Source of the DNA: Spirochaetaceae bacterium
GTDB taxonomy: Bacteria > Spirochaetota > Spirochaetia > SZUA-6 > DRHE01
DNA: 42,871 nucleotides
Direction of reading: 5' to 3'
Assembly (NCBI GenBank): GCA_020353535.1
Contig: CP070696.1
Coordinates: forward strand, 4,664,138 to 4,707,008
Positions 18,889-26,783 of this stretch are shown in pieces. The position numbers and the translations under genes are program-made. The notes under the pieces are model-generated. The model was given only the letters and a program-made list of their open reading frames with translations. It ran no database searches and was not told the origin of the DNA. Every line of letters starts with the position of its first letter. The stretch's first letter is position 1.

Positions 18889-20055
18889 ATGAACGAGTTT
18901 CAGTGCCGGGTGCCCAAAGTGCTGTTTGGAAGCGGGCGCATAGAGTCTCTCGGTGTGCTGGCTTCCGAATTGGGCCATAAGGCCTTTCTGGCCGTGGACC
19001 CGTATATCGACAGCTCGGATCTGGCGGATCGTCTGGTCCGGGGTCTGGACCGCGCCTCTGTTACGACGACCCGCTACTCGAAGATCGAACCGGACCCGGA
19101 CTGCTTTGCCGTTGACGAGGCGGCGGAAATCACCCGTAAAAACGCCTGCACCTCCGTGATCGCCGTCGGCGGGGGAAGCGCCATCGACTTCGGCAAGGGA
19201 GTAGCCGTGGTTGCCGCGAACCCTGGAACCTGTTGGCAGTACACCCGCCGTACGGACCATACGCCGAAGATCCCCGGCCCCGACACGCTGCCCGTGATCG
19301 CCGTTCCGACCACGGCCGGAACCGGCTCGGAGGCGACCCACTTCGCGGTCTTTACGAATCCAAAAATCAGGGAGAAAAGCACGATCGTGAGCGATCGCAT
19401 CATGCCCAGAATCGCGTTGGTGGATCCGGAGCTCACCTTTTCCTGTCCCCGCCAGCTCACCGCTCTCACGGGAGTCGATGTATTAGCCCATTCGTTGGAG
19501 GCTTTCATCAACATCAAGGCCTCTCCGTTCGCCAAGATGGTCGCGATCGAGGCGATCCATCTGGTGGGCAGGTACCTTGTTCGGACCGTGAAAGATGGAG
19601 AGGACCGGGAGGCCCGGGAAAACATGGCCTGGGCCAGTACGCTGGCTGGGATCGCCATTGCCCATTCCAATCCCACCCTGCCCCATGCGCTGGGGCAGGC
19701 TGCAGGTGGATTTATCCATGTCCCCCACGGTGCCAGCGTGGCCGCCTGCCTGCCCCACATCGTCCGCTTGAGTTACGATGCGGATCCGGCTTCCTTTGCC
19801 GAGCTGGCGGCGGCACTGGATCCTGCAGCACGGGATCTGCCGCTGAATCAGAGGGCCGAACGCTCGGCGGACCTGCTCGAGCAGCTGTTCAGAGATATCG
19901 ATTTGAAGGTGCGCTTCTCCGACTTCGGGCTCAAGGAGGAGCATATCCCCCGGATCACTCAGATTGCGCTGACCGGATACTCCACCGGCATCAGCTTACA
20001 TCCCAAGCAGTTGGACGGCGCCGGGATCGAAGAGATATACAGAGCTTGTCTGTAA
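18889..20055 (+). CDS. Iron-containing alcohol dehydrogenase
   Basis: GGGSAID, PTTAGTGSE, and DVLAH...PHA...PHG ligands. Confidence 0.92.
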   Translation: MNEFQCRVPKVLFGSGRIESLGVLASELGHKAFLAVDPYIDSSDLADRLVRGLDRASVTTTRYSKIEPDPDCFAVDEAAEITRKNACTSVIAVGGGSAIDFGKGVAVVAANPGTCWQYTRRTDHTPKIPGPDTLPVIAVPTTAGTGSEATHFAVFTNPKIREKSTIVSDRIMPRIALVDPELTFSCPRQLTALTGVDVLAHSLEAFINIKASPFAKMVAIEAIHLVGRYLVRTVKDGEDREARENMAWASTLAGIAIAHSNPTLPHALGQAAGGFIHVPHGASVAACLPHIVRLSYDADPASFAELAAALDPAARDLPLNQRAERSADLLEQLFRDIDLKVRFSDFGLKEEHIPRITQIALTGYSTGISLHPKQLDGAGIEEIYRACL

Positions 20056-20065
20056 CGGAGCAGCC

Positions 20066-21763
20066 ATGATCCCCAAACTGATCGAAATCGACGCAACCAC
20101 AGGAACAATCACGAGTGCTGAGGTACCGAGGGAACTGCGACTTGTCGGCGGCCGGGCCTTGAGCTCCGCCGTAGTCTGTGCCGAGGTGCCGCCCACCTGC
20201 CATCCGCTATCGGCGGAAAATGTGCTGGTGATTGCTCCCGGGCTGCTGGCGGGAACGGCGCTTTCCAGCGCCAACCGGCTGTCCGCCGGTGCCAAGAGCC
20301 CCCTGACGGGGGGGATAAAGGAGAGCAACAGCGGGGGTGTGGTAGCATATAAACTGGCCAGGCTCGGCGTGAAGGCGCTCAAGATCAAGGGCAAGCGGAA
20401 CGTGGATGAGCCCCTGCTCGGTATCCATATTACCCGCCAGGGCACCTCCATCCTGGAGCTGGACCATTTGCGTAGCAAGGGAACCTACGAATCAGCCCGG
20501 TTGCTGCAGGAGCAGTTCGGCAGCAAGGCGGGGCTGATGCTCATCGGCCCGGCCGGAGAGCTGCGCCTGGCCACCGCCTGCATAAACATCACCGATCCCG
20601 AAGGAGAGCCCTGCCGCAACCTCGGCCGGGGTGGACTGGGGGCGGTGATGGGTAGCAAGGGGATCAAGGCGATCATCGTGGATGACCGGGGTGTGACCGT
20701 TTCTCCGACCCCTGAGGCTAGAGGGGTGATCAGGAAGTTTTCAACCGCCTTGAAGGAGCATCCGGTAACCGGAGAGAAGTTCGCCAAGTACGGCACCGTT
20801 ATGACCCTCCTCAACGTCAACGGACTTGGCGGTCTGCCCACGCGCAACTTCAGCCGGGGAAGCTTCGAGAAGGCCGAGGCTATCGGTGCGGACACCCTGC
20901 ACGACACGCTGGAGAGCCGAGGCGGTATGGTTTCCCACGGCTGCATGCCCGGGTGCGTGATCCGCTGCTCCAACAAGTATGTGGACCAGCAAGGTGAGCC
21001 GATCGTCGGATCCCTGGACTATGAAACGGTTTGCCTGTTGGGCTCCAACATCGGGATCGACAACCTGGACGCGGTCGCAGCTCTCAACCGGTTGTGCAAT
21101 GACATCGGCATCGACACGATGGAGACCGGAGCCGCCCTGGGTGTATTGGCCGAGGCGGGGGTGTGGGACTTCGGAGACGCTGACCGTGCCCGGTCCTTGA
21201 TCGATGAGATAGGGGCGGGTGCGCCGTTGGGCCGCCTGATCGCTTCCGGATGCGTGGCCTGCGGCCGCGCCTACGGGGTCGAGAGGATCCCGGCGGTCAA
21301 GGATCAGGGAATGGCCGCCTACGATCCTCGGGCCATCAAAGGAATGGGACTCACCTACGCGCTGTCTCCCATGGGAGCGGATCACACAGCGGGGAATGCG
21401 ATAGTCCTCTCCGTGGATCACCTGGACCCCAACGCCCAACTCGGGCCGGTCCGGGATCTGCACTTGAAAACCGCGGTTTTGGATTCGTTGGGCCTTTGCC
21501 TGTTCACCGGCAGGGTCTCCCTGGATCAGACCGAACTGGTCGAGGAGATCTGCTCTGCGTTGCTCGGATGGAAGGTGGGCTTTGCCGACCTGCTGAAGCT
21601 CGCTCAAGGCTGGCTGCTCCAGGAGCGGGAGTTCAACAGGCAAGCCGGTTTCACAGCGGCTCAGGATCGGCTTCCCCCATTCATGTATGCGGAGAAGCTT
21701 GCACCCAACGACTCGGTATTCGACGTGCCCGAGGGGCATTTGGGGGAATTCTATAGCTTCTAG
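20066..21763 (+). CDS. aor: Second aldehyde:ferredoxin oxidoreductase family protein
   Basis: KSPLTGGIKESN, GRGGLGAVMGSKGIKA, CMPGCVIRC, DYET, GIDTME, YDPR and MGADHTAG motifs. Confidence 0.9.
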   Translation: MIPKLIEIDATTGTITSAEVPRELRLVGGRALSSAVVCAEVPPTCHPLSAENVLVIAPGLLAGTALSSANRLSAGAKSPLTGGIKESNSGGVVAYKLARLGVKALKIKGKRNVDEPLLGIHITRQGTSILELDHLRSKGTYESARLLQEQFGSKAGLMLIGPAGELRLATACINITDPEGEPCRNLGRGGLGAVMGSKGIKAIIVDDRGVTVSPTPEARGVIRKFSTALKEHPVTGEKFAKYGTVMTLLNVNGLGGLPTRNFSRGSFEKAEAIGADTLHDTLESRGGMVSHGCMPGCVIRCSNKYVDQQGEPIVGSLDYETVCLLGSNIGIDNLDAVAALNRLCNDIGIDTMETGAALGVLAEAGVWDFGDADRARSLIDEIGAGAPLGRLIASGCVACGRAYGVERIPAVKDQGMAAYDPRAIKGMGLTYALSPMGADHTAGNAIVLSVDHLDPNAQLGPVRDLHLKTAVLDSLGLCLFTGRVSLDQTELVEEICSALLGWKVGFADLLKLAQGWLLQEREFNRQAGFTAAQDRLPPFMYAEKLAPNDSVFDVPEGHLGEFYSF

Positions 21764-21801
21764 TTCTTGTGAGGGTATATTAGGTCCGGCAGCATAGACC
21801 G

Positions 21802-22239
21802 CTATTCGATTATTTCTATGCTTTTTTCAAGCTCCGTACCCTCGAGAGTTCTTGCCAGAGAACCGTCGAAGGTTGCCAGTGTGCCTCCATGGTGATGCGC
21901 CAAGGTAGCAAGATAGAAATCTGTGATCTGCCCGTGTCCCATCAGTCTCTTCTTGGCTGGATCACCGAGAGCAACGAGCAGCGAGATCGCATCCGTCCAG
22001 AATACATGGCCACTGCTGGTGCAGAATCTTTCGAGGTGGTCCATTGCCTCCGTCGGTGTAGCCATTACGGTAAGGTAGGCGGGATTCGAGATCACCCGCA
22101 GGAAACCGTTTTCGGTAACGGGGCAGGTAGCCCACGACACTATACCGCTGCGGGCAAACCAATCGTGACTCGCCTCGTGGTTGACATGCTGTCGATCAAA
22201 CAGGGCGACCAGAAGGTTGACATCAAGCAGATAGGTCAT
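21802..22239 (-). CDS. vapC: VapC PIN-domain toxin
   Basis: YLLDVNLLVAL, TCPVTENGF, TDFYL and LATFD PIN motifs; ATG at 22239. Confidence 0.9.
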   Translation of the reverse strand: MTYLLDVNLLVALFDRQHVNHEASHDWFARSGIVSWATCPVTENGFLRVISNPAYLTVMATPTEAMDHLERFCTSSGHVFWTDAISLLVALGDPAKKRLMGHGQITDFYLATLAHHHGGTLATFDGSLARTLEGTELEKSIEIIE

Positions 22240-22243
22240 GGCT

Positions 22244-22459
22244 TTAATCTCGCAGCCGGTTGACCAGTTCCAGATCGGGCGGAGGACCTTCTCTTGAGGG
22301 AAAAATAGGAACACCGTTTCTCACTGAGGGAGTTTTTTGCGGGCTCAGGGCTTTGCGAATCAGCTCAGAGACCACCGTGCCGAGAGACACGCCCCTCTGT
22401 TTGGCGAGGATACGAACCTTGGTCAGCACCTCGGGATCGAGGTTCAATGTAGTTCTCAT
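22244..22459 (-). CDS. vapB: VapB antitoxin (CopG/RHH-like)
   Basis: MRTTLNLD...SLGTVVSELIRKAL...RNGVP; 71 aa, immediately upstream of the PIN gene. Confidence 0.85.
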   Translation of the reverse strand: MRTTLNLDPEVLTKVRILAKQRGVSLGTVVSELIRKALSPQKTPSVRNGVPIFPSREGPPPDLELVNRLRD

Positions 22460-22465
22460 AGGTAG

Positions 22466-22501
22466 AGAATAATCGCATCACGCATCAGGTGTCAAGCATC
22501 A
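22466..22501 (-). promoter_or_regulatory. vapBC promoter with three TGATGC repeats
   Basis: TTGACA (22495-22490), 18 nt, TATTCT (22471-22466). GCATCA on the + strand at 22475, 22482 and 22496. Confidence 0.65.
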
Positions 22502-22520
22502 ATTGGTGTGTTCTCGGTGT

Positions 22521-24299
22521 CTACACCTCCGCCATCGCTTCGGCCTGCTCCACGAATCCCTCGATCATGCTCAAGCCCTTGTCCCAGAACTTCGGGTCCT
22601 TCAGGTCCACACCGAGGGGCCGTACCAGCTCCTCCGGCCAGTTGGAGCCCCCTGCGGCCAGAAGATCCCGGTAGGCAGCGGGGAAGCCCTCCGGGCTGTC
22701 CTGATAGCGGGAGTAGAGGGCCAGAACGAGCAGCTCGCCGAAGGCGTAGGCATAGACGTAGCCCGGTGAGTGGATGAAGTGGGGGATGTAACTCCACCAG
22801 ATGCCGTAGTTGTCCGTCAGGGTTACGCTTTCCTCGAACATCTTGTTTTGGGTCTTCATCCACAGCTCGCTGAAGCGCTCCGCGGTCAGCTCGCCGTCGC
22901 TGCGCCGTGCGGTGTGGATGGCTTCCTCAAAGCGGTTCATAGCGGTCTGACGAAACACCGTGGCAAAAGTATCTTCGATCTTCTGCACCAGCATGGACAG
23001 GCGGATCCGGGGATCTTTCTCCTCAGCGATCAGCTTCTGGAATACGAGCATCTCTCCGAACACCGACGCCGTCTCGGCTGTAGTCAGAGGCGTATCGGAA
23101 AGCAGGATCCCCTGATCCCGGGAGAGGTACTGATGCACTCCGTGACCCATCTCGTGGGCCAGGGTCATCACGTCGCGGGGAGTTCCCTCGAAGTTCATGA
23201 AAATGTAGGGGTGAACCGAGGGGACAGCCCCGTGGCTATAGGCTCCCCCCCGCTTGCCGGGCTGAACCGCGGCGTCAATCCAGTTGTTGGAGAAGAAGGA
23301 CTCGGCGATCCTGCCCATCTCCTGGTGAAAGCCGGCGTAAGAGTCCAGGACTGTCTGCATGGCCTCCTGCCACGGGTAGCGGCGGTTGGCGCTCGGCAGG
23401 GGCGCGTAGCGGTCGTAGTCGAGCAGCTCATCCAGACCGAGCAGCTTCTTTTTCAGCGTGTAGTAACGGGCAACGATACCGTAGCGGTCCGTCACGGCCT
23501 TCACCAAAGCCTCCACCGTGGCGTCATCGATCTGGTTGGCCAGGTTGCGGGAGCTGATCCAGCTCGGGTAACTTCGCAGCCTGTCGTCGGAAGCCTTATC
23601 GGCGAGCAGGTTGTTGAACACGTAGGTGTTGACCCGCCTCATATTCTGCAGCCCCGTCGTAAACGCCTCTGCCGCCCGCTTTCGCTGAACACGGTCCGGA
23701 TCGTAGAGTTTTGTCAAAACCGACTGCTGGGGAAGCTGCTGGTTATCCAGGGTGTAGCGGGCGCCGCCGTGAACCTCGTCGAAGAAGCGGATCCAGGCGC
23801 TGCGGCCGGTAACCGATTTCTCCGCCAGGATCTTCTCCTCCGCCTCGCTGCGGAGGTGCGGGCGGTAGCGCCGGGCCAGGGTAAGCCAGAAGCTGTAGTG
23901 GGCCAGCGCTTCATCGGCCATCAGCTCCTGGGCACGCTTGTCCTCAACGTGGGCCCATTCGAGCTCGAAAAACAGGAGTTGCTGCTGAAGCTGGGAGGAA
24001 TGCTCCTGAAGGCGCTGCAGCAGCGCTCCCCGGGCCGGGTCTTCCGTGTTGGTGGACCAGTTGAGGTAGGTGAAGGTTCCGGCCTTCCCCGACAGTTCGA
24101 GGATCTCCTCGTATTCCCCCAGCAGCCGGGCCAGCGCCGCAGCATCCATCTCTCCGATCCGGCCTCGATAGCTGGAAGCGAAGCTCTGGGCCCGTTGTTG
24201 GGATTCGGACAGGTCCTTTTCAATCTGGGGATCGTCACCCCCGCTGTACAGATCACTGAGGTCCCAGAGAACCTCTTCGGCGCCGGATACACCATTCAT
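22521..24299 (-). CDS. pepF: Oligoendopeptidase F (M3B)
   Basis: WDLSDLY, GKRGGAYS, zinc motif TLAHEMGH, AETASVF and HF...YVYAYAFG. GAGGAG RBS. Confidence 0.93.
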   Translation of the reverse strand: MNGVSGAEEVLWDLSDLYSGGDDPQIEKDLSESQQRAQSFASSYRGRIGEMDAAALARLLGEYEEILELSGKAGTFTYLNWSTNTEDPARGALLQRLQEHSSQLQQQLLFFELEWAHVEDKRAQELMADEALAHYSFWLTLARRYRPHLRSEAEEKILAEKSVTGRSAWIRFFDEVHGGARYTLDNQQLPQQSVLTKLYDPDRVQRKRAAEAFTTGLQNMRRVNTYVFNNLLADKASDDRLRSYPSWISSRNLANQIDDATVEALVKAVTDRYGIVARYYTLKKKLLGLDELLDYDRYAPLPSANRRYPWQEAMQTVLDSYAGFHQEMGRIAESFFSNNWIDAAVQPGKRGGAYSHGAVPSVHPYIFMNFEGTPRDVMTLAHEMGHGVHQYLSRDQGILLSDTPLTTAETASVFGEMLVFQKLIAEEKDPRIRLSMLVQKIEDTFATVFRQTAMNRFEEAIHTARRSDGELTAERFSELWMKTQNKMFEESVTLTDNYGIWWSYIPHFIHSPGYVYAYAFGELLVLALYSRYQDSPEGFPAAYRDLLAAGGSNWPEELVRPLGVDLKDPKFWDKGLSMIEGFVEQAEAMAEV

Positions 24300-24448
24300 A
24301 ACATCGTCTCCTCGCTTAAGGTATGCGATATCAATATAATGAAGCCCGCTGATCTTATCAAACAGCTCCCAATCGGACCATAATGGTGCAGGTAGCCAGA
24401 GGGATGCGAGCAAGCTACGAATGCGGATAGGGCGGATCAGCCGGATGT

Positions 24449-25645
24449 TCAGTAAAGATTTGCCCTGAGAGTTTTTTCCTGTAGAAGTCGGGCGAGAACC
24501 TCTGGCGGTCTCTCGACCTTGCTCAAGAGCATCATGGCGGCGATGATGTAGGGCTTGTAGCCCGCCTGGCGATAGGTGGCCAGACGGAAGCGCTCGAACA
24601 CCGAAGCGGCCACCTCACCCCGTTCGCAGCTCACAGCGGAGATGTCCGCCGGCAGGCAGTGCAGGTATAGAGCCTCGTTTGTGCGATCCATCAGCTCCTC
24701 GCTGCACTCCCAATCGATATATTGCCTGTTGATCTTCAGGCACTCTGCCTCCAGCTCATCAAGTCCACGGGAATCACCGGCTTTTAATAAAGCGGTGCGG
24801 CGCTGCATCACCTCGTACGGCGCCCAGCTCTTGGGATAGACGACATCCGCACCGCTGAAGGCTTCAACCATGGAGTGGAACCTGTGAAAGCTTCCACCGG
24901 CGGCGCGGCTGTTGTTTTCGGCTGTCTCTTCAATCTCCGGAATCAGGGAATAGCCCTCGGGGTAAGCCAGGTTCACCTTCATGCCGAAGCGGCTCATCAG
25001 GGCGATCACTCCCTGAGGAACGGAGAGGGGTTTGCCGTAGGAGGGCGAGTAGGCCCAGGTCATGGCGATCGTTTTGTCTCTCAGGGCTTCGAGGCTCCCG
25101 AAGTGATGGATCAGATGCAGGATATCCGAGAGCGACTGGGTGGGGTGGTCCCGGTCACACTGCAGGTTGACCAGCGTGGGGATCTGGGGCAGCACCCCCT
25201 CCCGGTGTCCCTCCCGTACCGCTTCGGAAACCTCCGTCATGTAGGTGTGACCGTAGCCCAGGAACATGTCGTCCCGAATGCCGATGACCTCGGTGAGGAA
25301 GGAGATCATGTTGGCGGTTTCCCGGACCGTCTCCCCATGGGCGATCTGGGTCTTGGTTTCATCCAGGTCCTGAGCGGCCAACCCCAGCAGGTTGGCTGCG
25401 CTCATGAAGCTGAAGCGCGTGCGGGTCGACTTATCCCGGAAGATGGCCACAGCCAGACCGGAATCGAAGATGCGGGGAGCGATGTTTTCCTTCCGCATCA
25501 TTTTCAGGATCTCAGCCACAATGAGCACAGCCCGAAGCTCATCCTCGGTCTTGTCCCAGGTCAGCAGGAAGTCGTCTTGATACATTTTTCCGGTCTTCAG
25601 GGAGGAGAGGGTTTCTATTTTCGTGTGGATCTCTCTGTGTTTCAT
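24449..25645 (-). CDS. ygeW: Knotted carbamoyltransferase YgeW
   Basis: FRDKSTRTRFS, HGETVRETANMISF, NLQCDRDHPTQ, WAYSPSYGKPLSVPQG and YLHCLPADI motifs. Confidence 0.9.
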   Translation of the reverse strand: MKHREIHTKIETLSSLKTGKMYQDDFLLTWDKTEDELRAVLIVAEILKMMRKENIAPRIFDSGLAVAIFRDKSTRTRFSFMSAANLLGLAAQDLDETKTQIAHGETVRETANMISFLTEVIGIRDDMFLGYGHTYMTEVSEAVREGHREGVLPQIPTLVNLQCDRDHPTQSLSDILHLIHHFGSLEALRDKTIAMTWAYSPSYGKPLSVPQGVIALMSRFGMKVNLAYPEGYSLIPEIEETAENNSRAAGGSFHRFHSMVEAFSGADVVYPKSWAPYEVMQRRTALLKAGDSRGLDELEAECLKINRQYIDWECSEELMDRTNEALYLHCLPADISAVSCERGEVAASVFERFRLATYRQAGYKPYIIAAMMLLSKVERPPEVLARLLQEKTLRANLY

Positions 25646-25651
25646 GGCCTC

Positions 25652-25681
25652 ATTATACGGTGGGGAACCCTCTCGATCCAA
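25652..25681 (-). promoter_or_regulatory. Putative promoter for a leaderless ygeW transcript
   Basis: TTGGAT, 18 nt, perfect TATAAT (25657-25652), then only 6 nt to ATG 25645. Confidence 0.55.
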
Positions 25682-25696
25682 GTCTCAGTCGCTTAG

Positions 25697-26014
25697 AGCT
25701 TCGCCAATGCCTCTTCCAGCGACCGGCCCGACAGCACGCGGATCATCTCCATCAACTATGAGATCAGCGAGGAGGATCTGCAACAGGACAACCTGATGAT
25801 TTCCTTCGGCTTCATCTAGAAGGCGGACGCCGGTATTTCCTCGATGCTGGACTGCCGCTTTTCCCGCAGCTCCTTCGATCCGGACTGGGGCAAGGATTTC
25901 TGGACATCCCAAGGATTAAAGAACGACGATTTTCAGGGAAACCTGATCTTCAACGAGTTCGATTTTCACTACCGCGTGTACATCTTGGGCAGCTGCCGGC
26001 CGGATCACAAGTAG
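25697..26014 (+). pseudogene. Start-less gene remnant with an internal amber stop
   Basis: One frame reads SFANASSSDRPDSTRIISINYEISEEDLQQDNLMISFGFI*KADAGISSMLDCRFSRSSFDPDWGKDFWTSQGLKNDDFQGNLIFNEFDFHYRVYILGSCRPDHK* with C/G-ending codon bias. TAG at 25817 and 26012. Confidence 0.5.
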
Positions 26015-26089
26015 GAGGGTGGGCGTTCACTTTGATTAGACTCCCGTGTTGAATAGACTCTCGAGTGCACCGGCAAAATGAGGGTCTTA

Positions 26090-26572
26090 CTAGTAAGCTA
26101 GCAGCACGTTAAGTTTCCTTTTGTGTTTGTACTCTTCATCGATGATGGCCTGGAGATCCTGAAGAACTCCGGCATCGGAACTCTGCGCCTTTATCCTCTC
26201 ATAGAGGTCGATTGTTTTCTGTTCCAGGCGTACACCAAGCTGGAGGGCCTGCTTGTTCTTGCCGAGTTCTCTTGAGCTCAAGACTTTTTCCATGGGTTTC
26301 ACGAACTCCTGATCCAACCAGCTTCTCAGCTTTCCGCTCAACTCAGCCAAAGCCTCAATCCCCCGCAACTTCAGCCGCTCTTGAAAAAAGGCTTTGTGCT
26401 TCGCCTCGTCGTCCCTTAAAGAGATCACCTCATTCTTGACTTGAGGATTCTCACTCCGCTCGATGATCTGTGAGTAGAAATCGTATCCTCCCTGCTCGAT
26501 ATGCACGGCGATCTGATACATATCCACATCACTGTGGTCACCGAGTCCCAAATCGGAAACCGTATTTGCCAT
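26090..26572 (-). CDS. Ferritin-like / rubrerythrin diiron-domain protein
   Basis: IEQGGYDFY, DEAKH, LEQKTIDLY and EEYKH paired E..ExxH ligands. GGAGGAGG RBS. Confidence 0.85.
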   Translation of the reverse strand: MANTVSDLGLGDHSDVDMYQIAVHIEQGGYDFYSQIIERSENPQVKNEVISLRDDEAKHKAFFQERLKLRGIEALAELSGKLRSWLDQEFVKPMEKVLSSRELGKNKQALQLGVRLEQKTIDLYERIKAQSSDAGVLQDLQAIIDEEYKHKRKLNVLLAY

Positions 26573-26674
26573 CTTGGCCTCCTCCCTAATAGTTTCATGA
26601 TATTGCGGGTCTCCCCCGCATGGCTTCCCAGGCCCGGTCAAGGCTCCTGCAGTATTCGCTGTAAACGGATTCGC

Positions 26675-26711
26675 ATTCTAAGTCAGAAATAGTCATTTGT
26701 CAAGTAGAATT
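26675..26711 (-). promoter_or_regulatory. Sigma70 promoter of the ferritin-like gene with the 19-bp shared motif
   Basis: TTGACA (26703-26698), 17 nt, TAGAAT (26680-26675). Motif AATTCTACTTGACAAATGA at 26711-26693. Confidence 0.75.
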
Positions 26712-26783
26712 ACATTTCAAATATCAAAATTATTGAATCCCTAGATTCAAGGGACATGGTGAACAGGCCTGCCGGAGCAGGTT

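Noticed and set aside
25817-25819. Pyrrolysine or amber read-through in the remnant frame
   Set aside because: No start codon, no pyl genes in the window, and TAG serves as a normal stop for many genes here.
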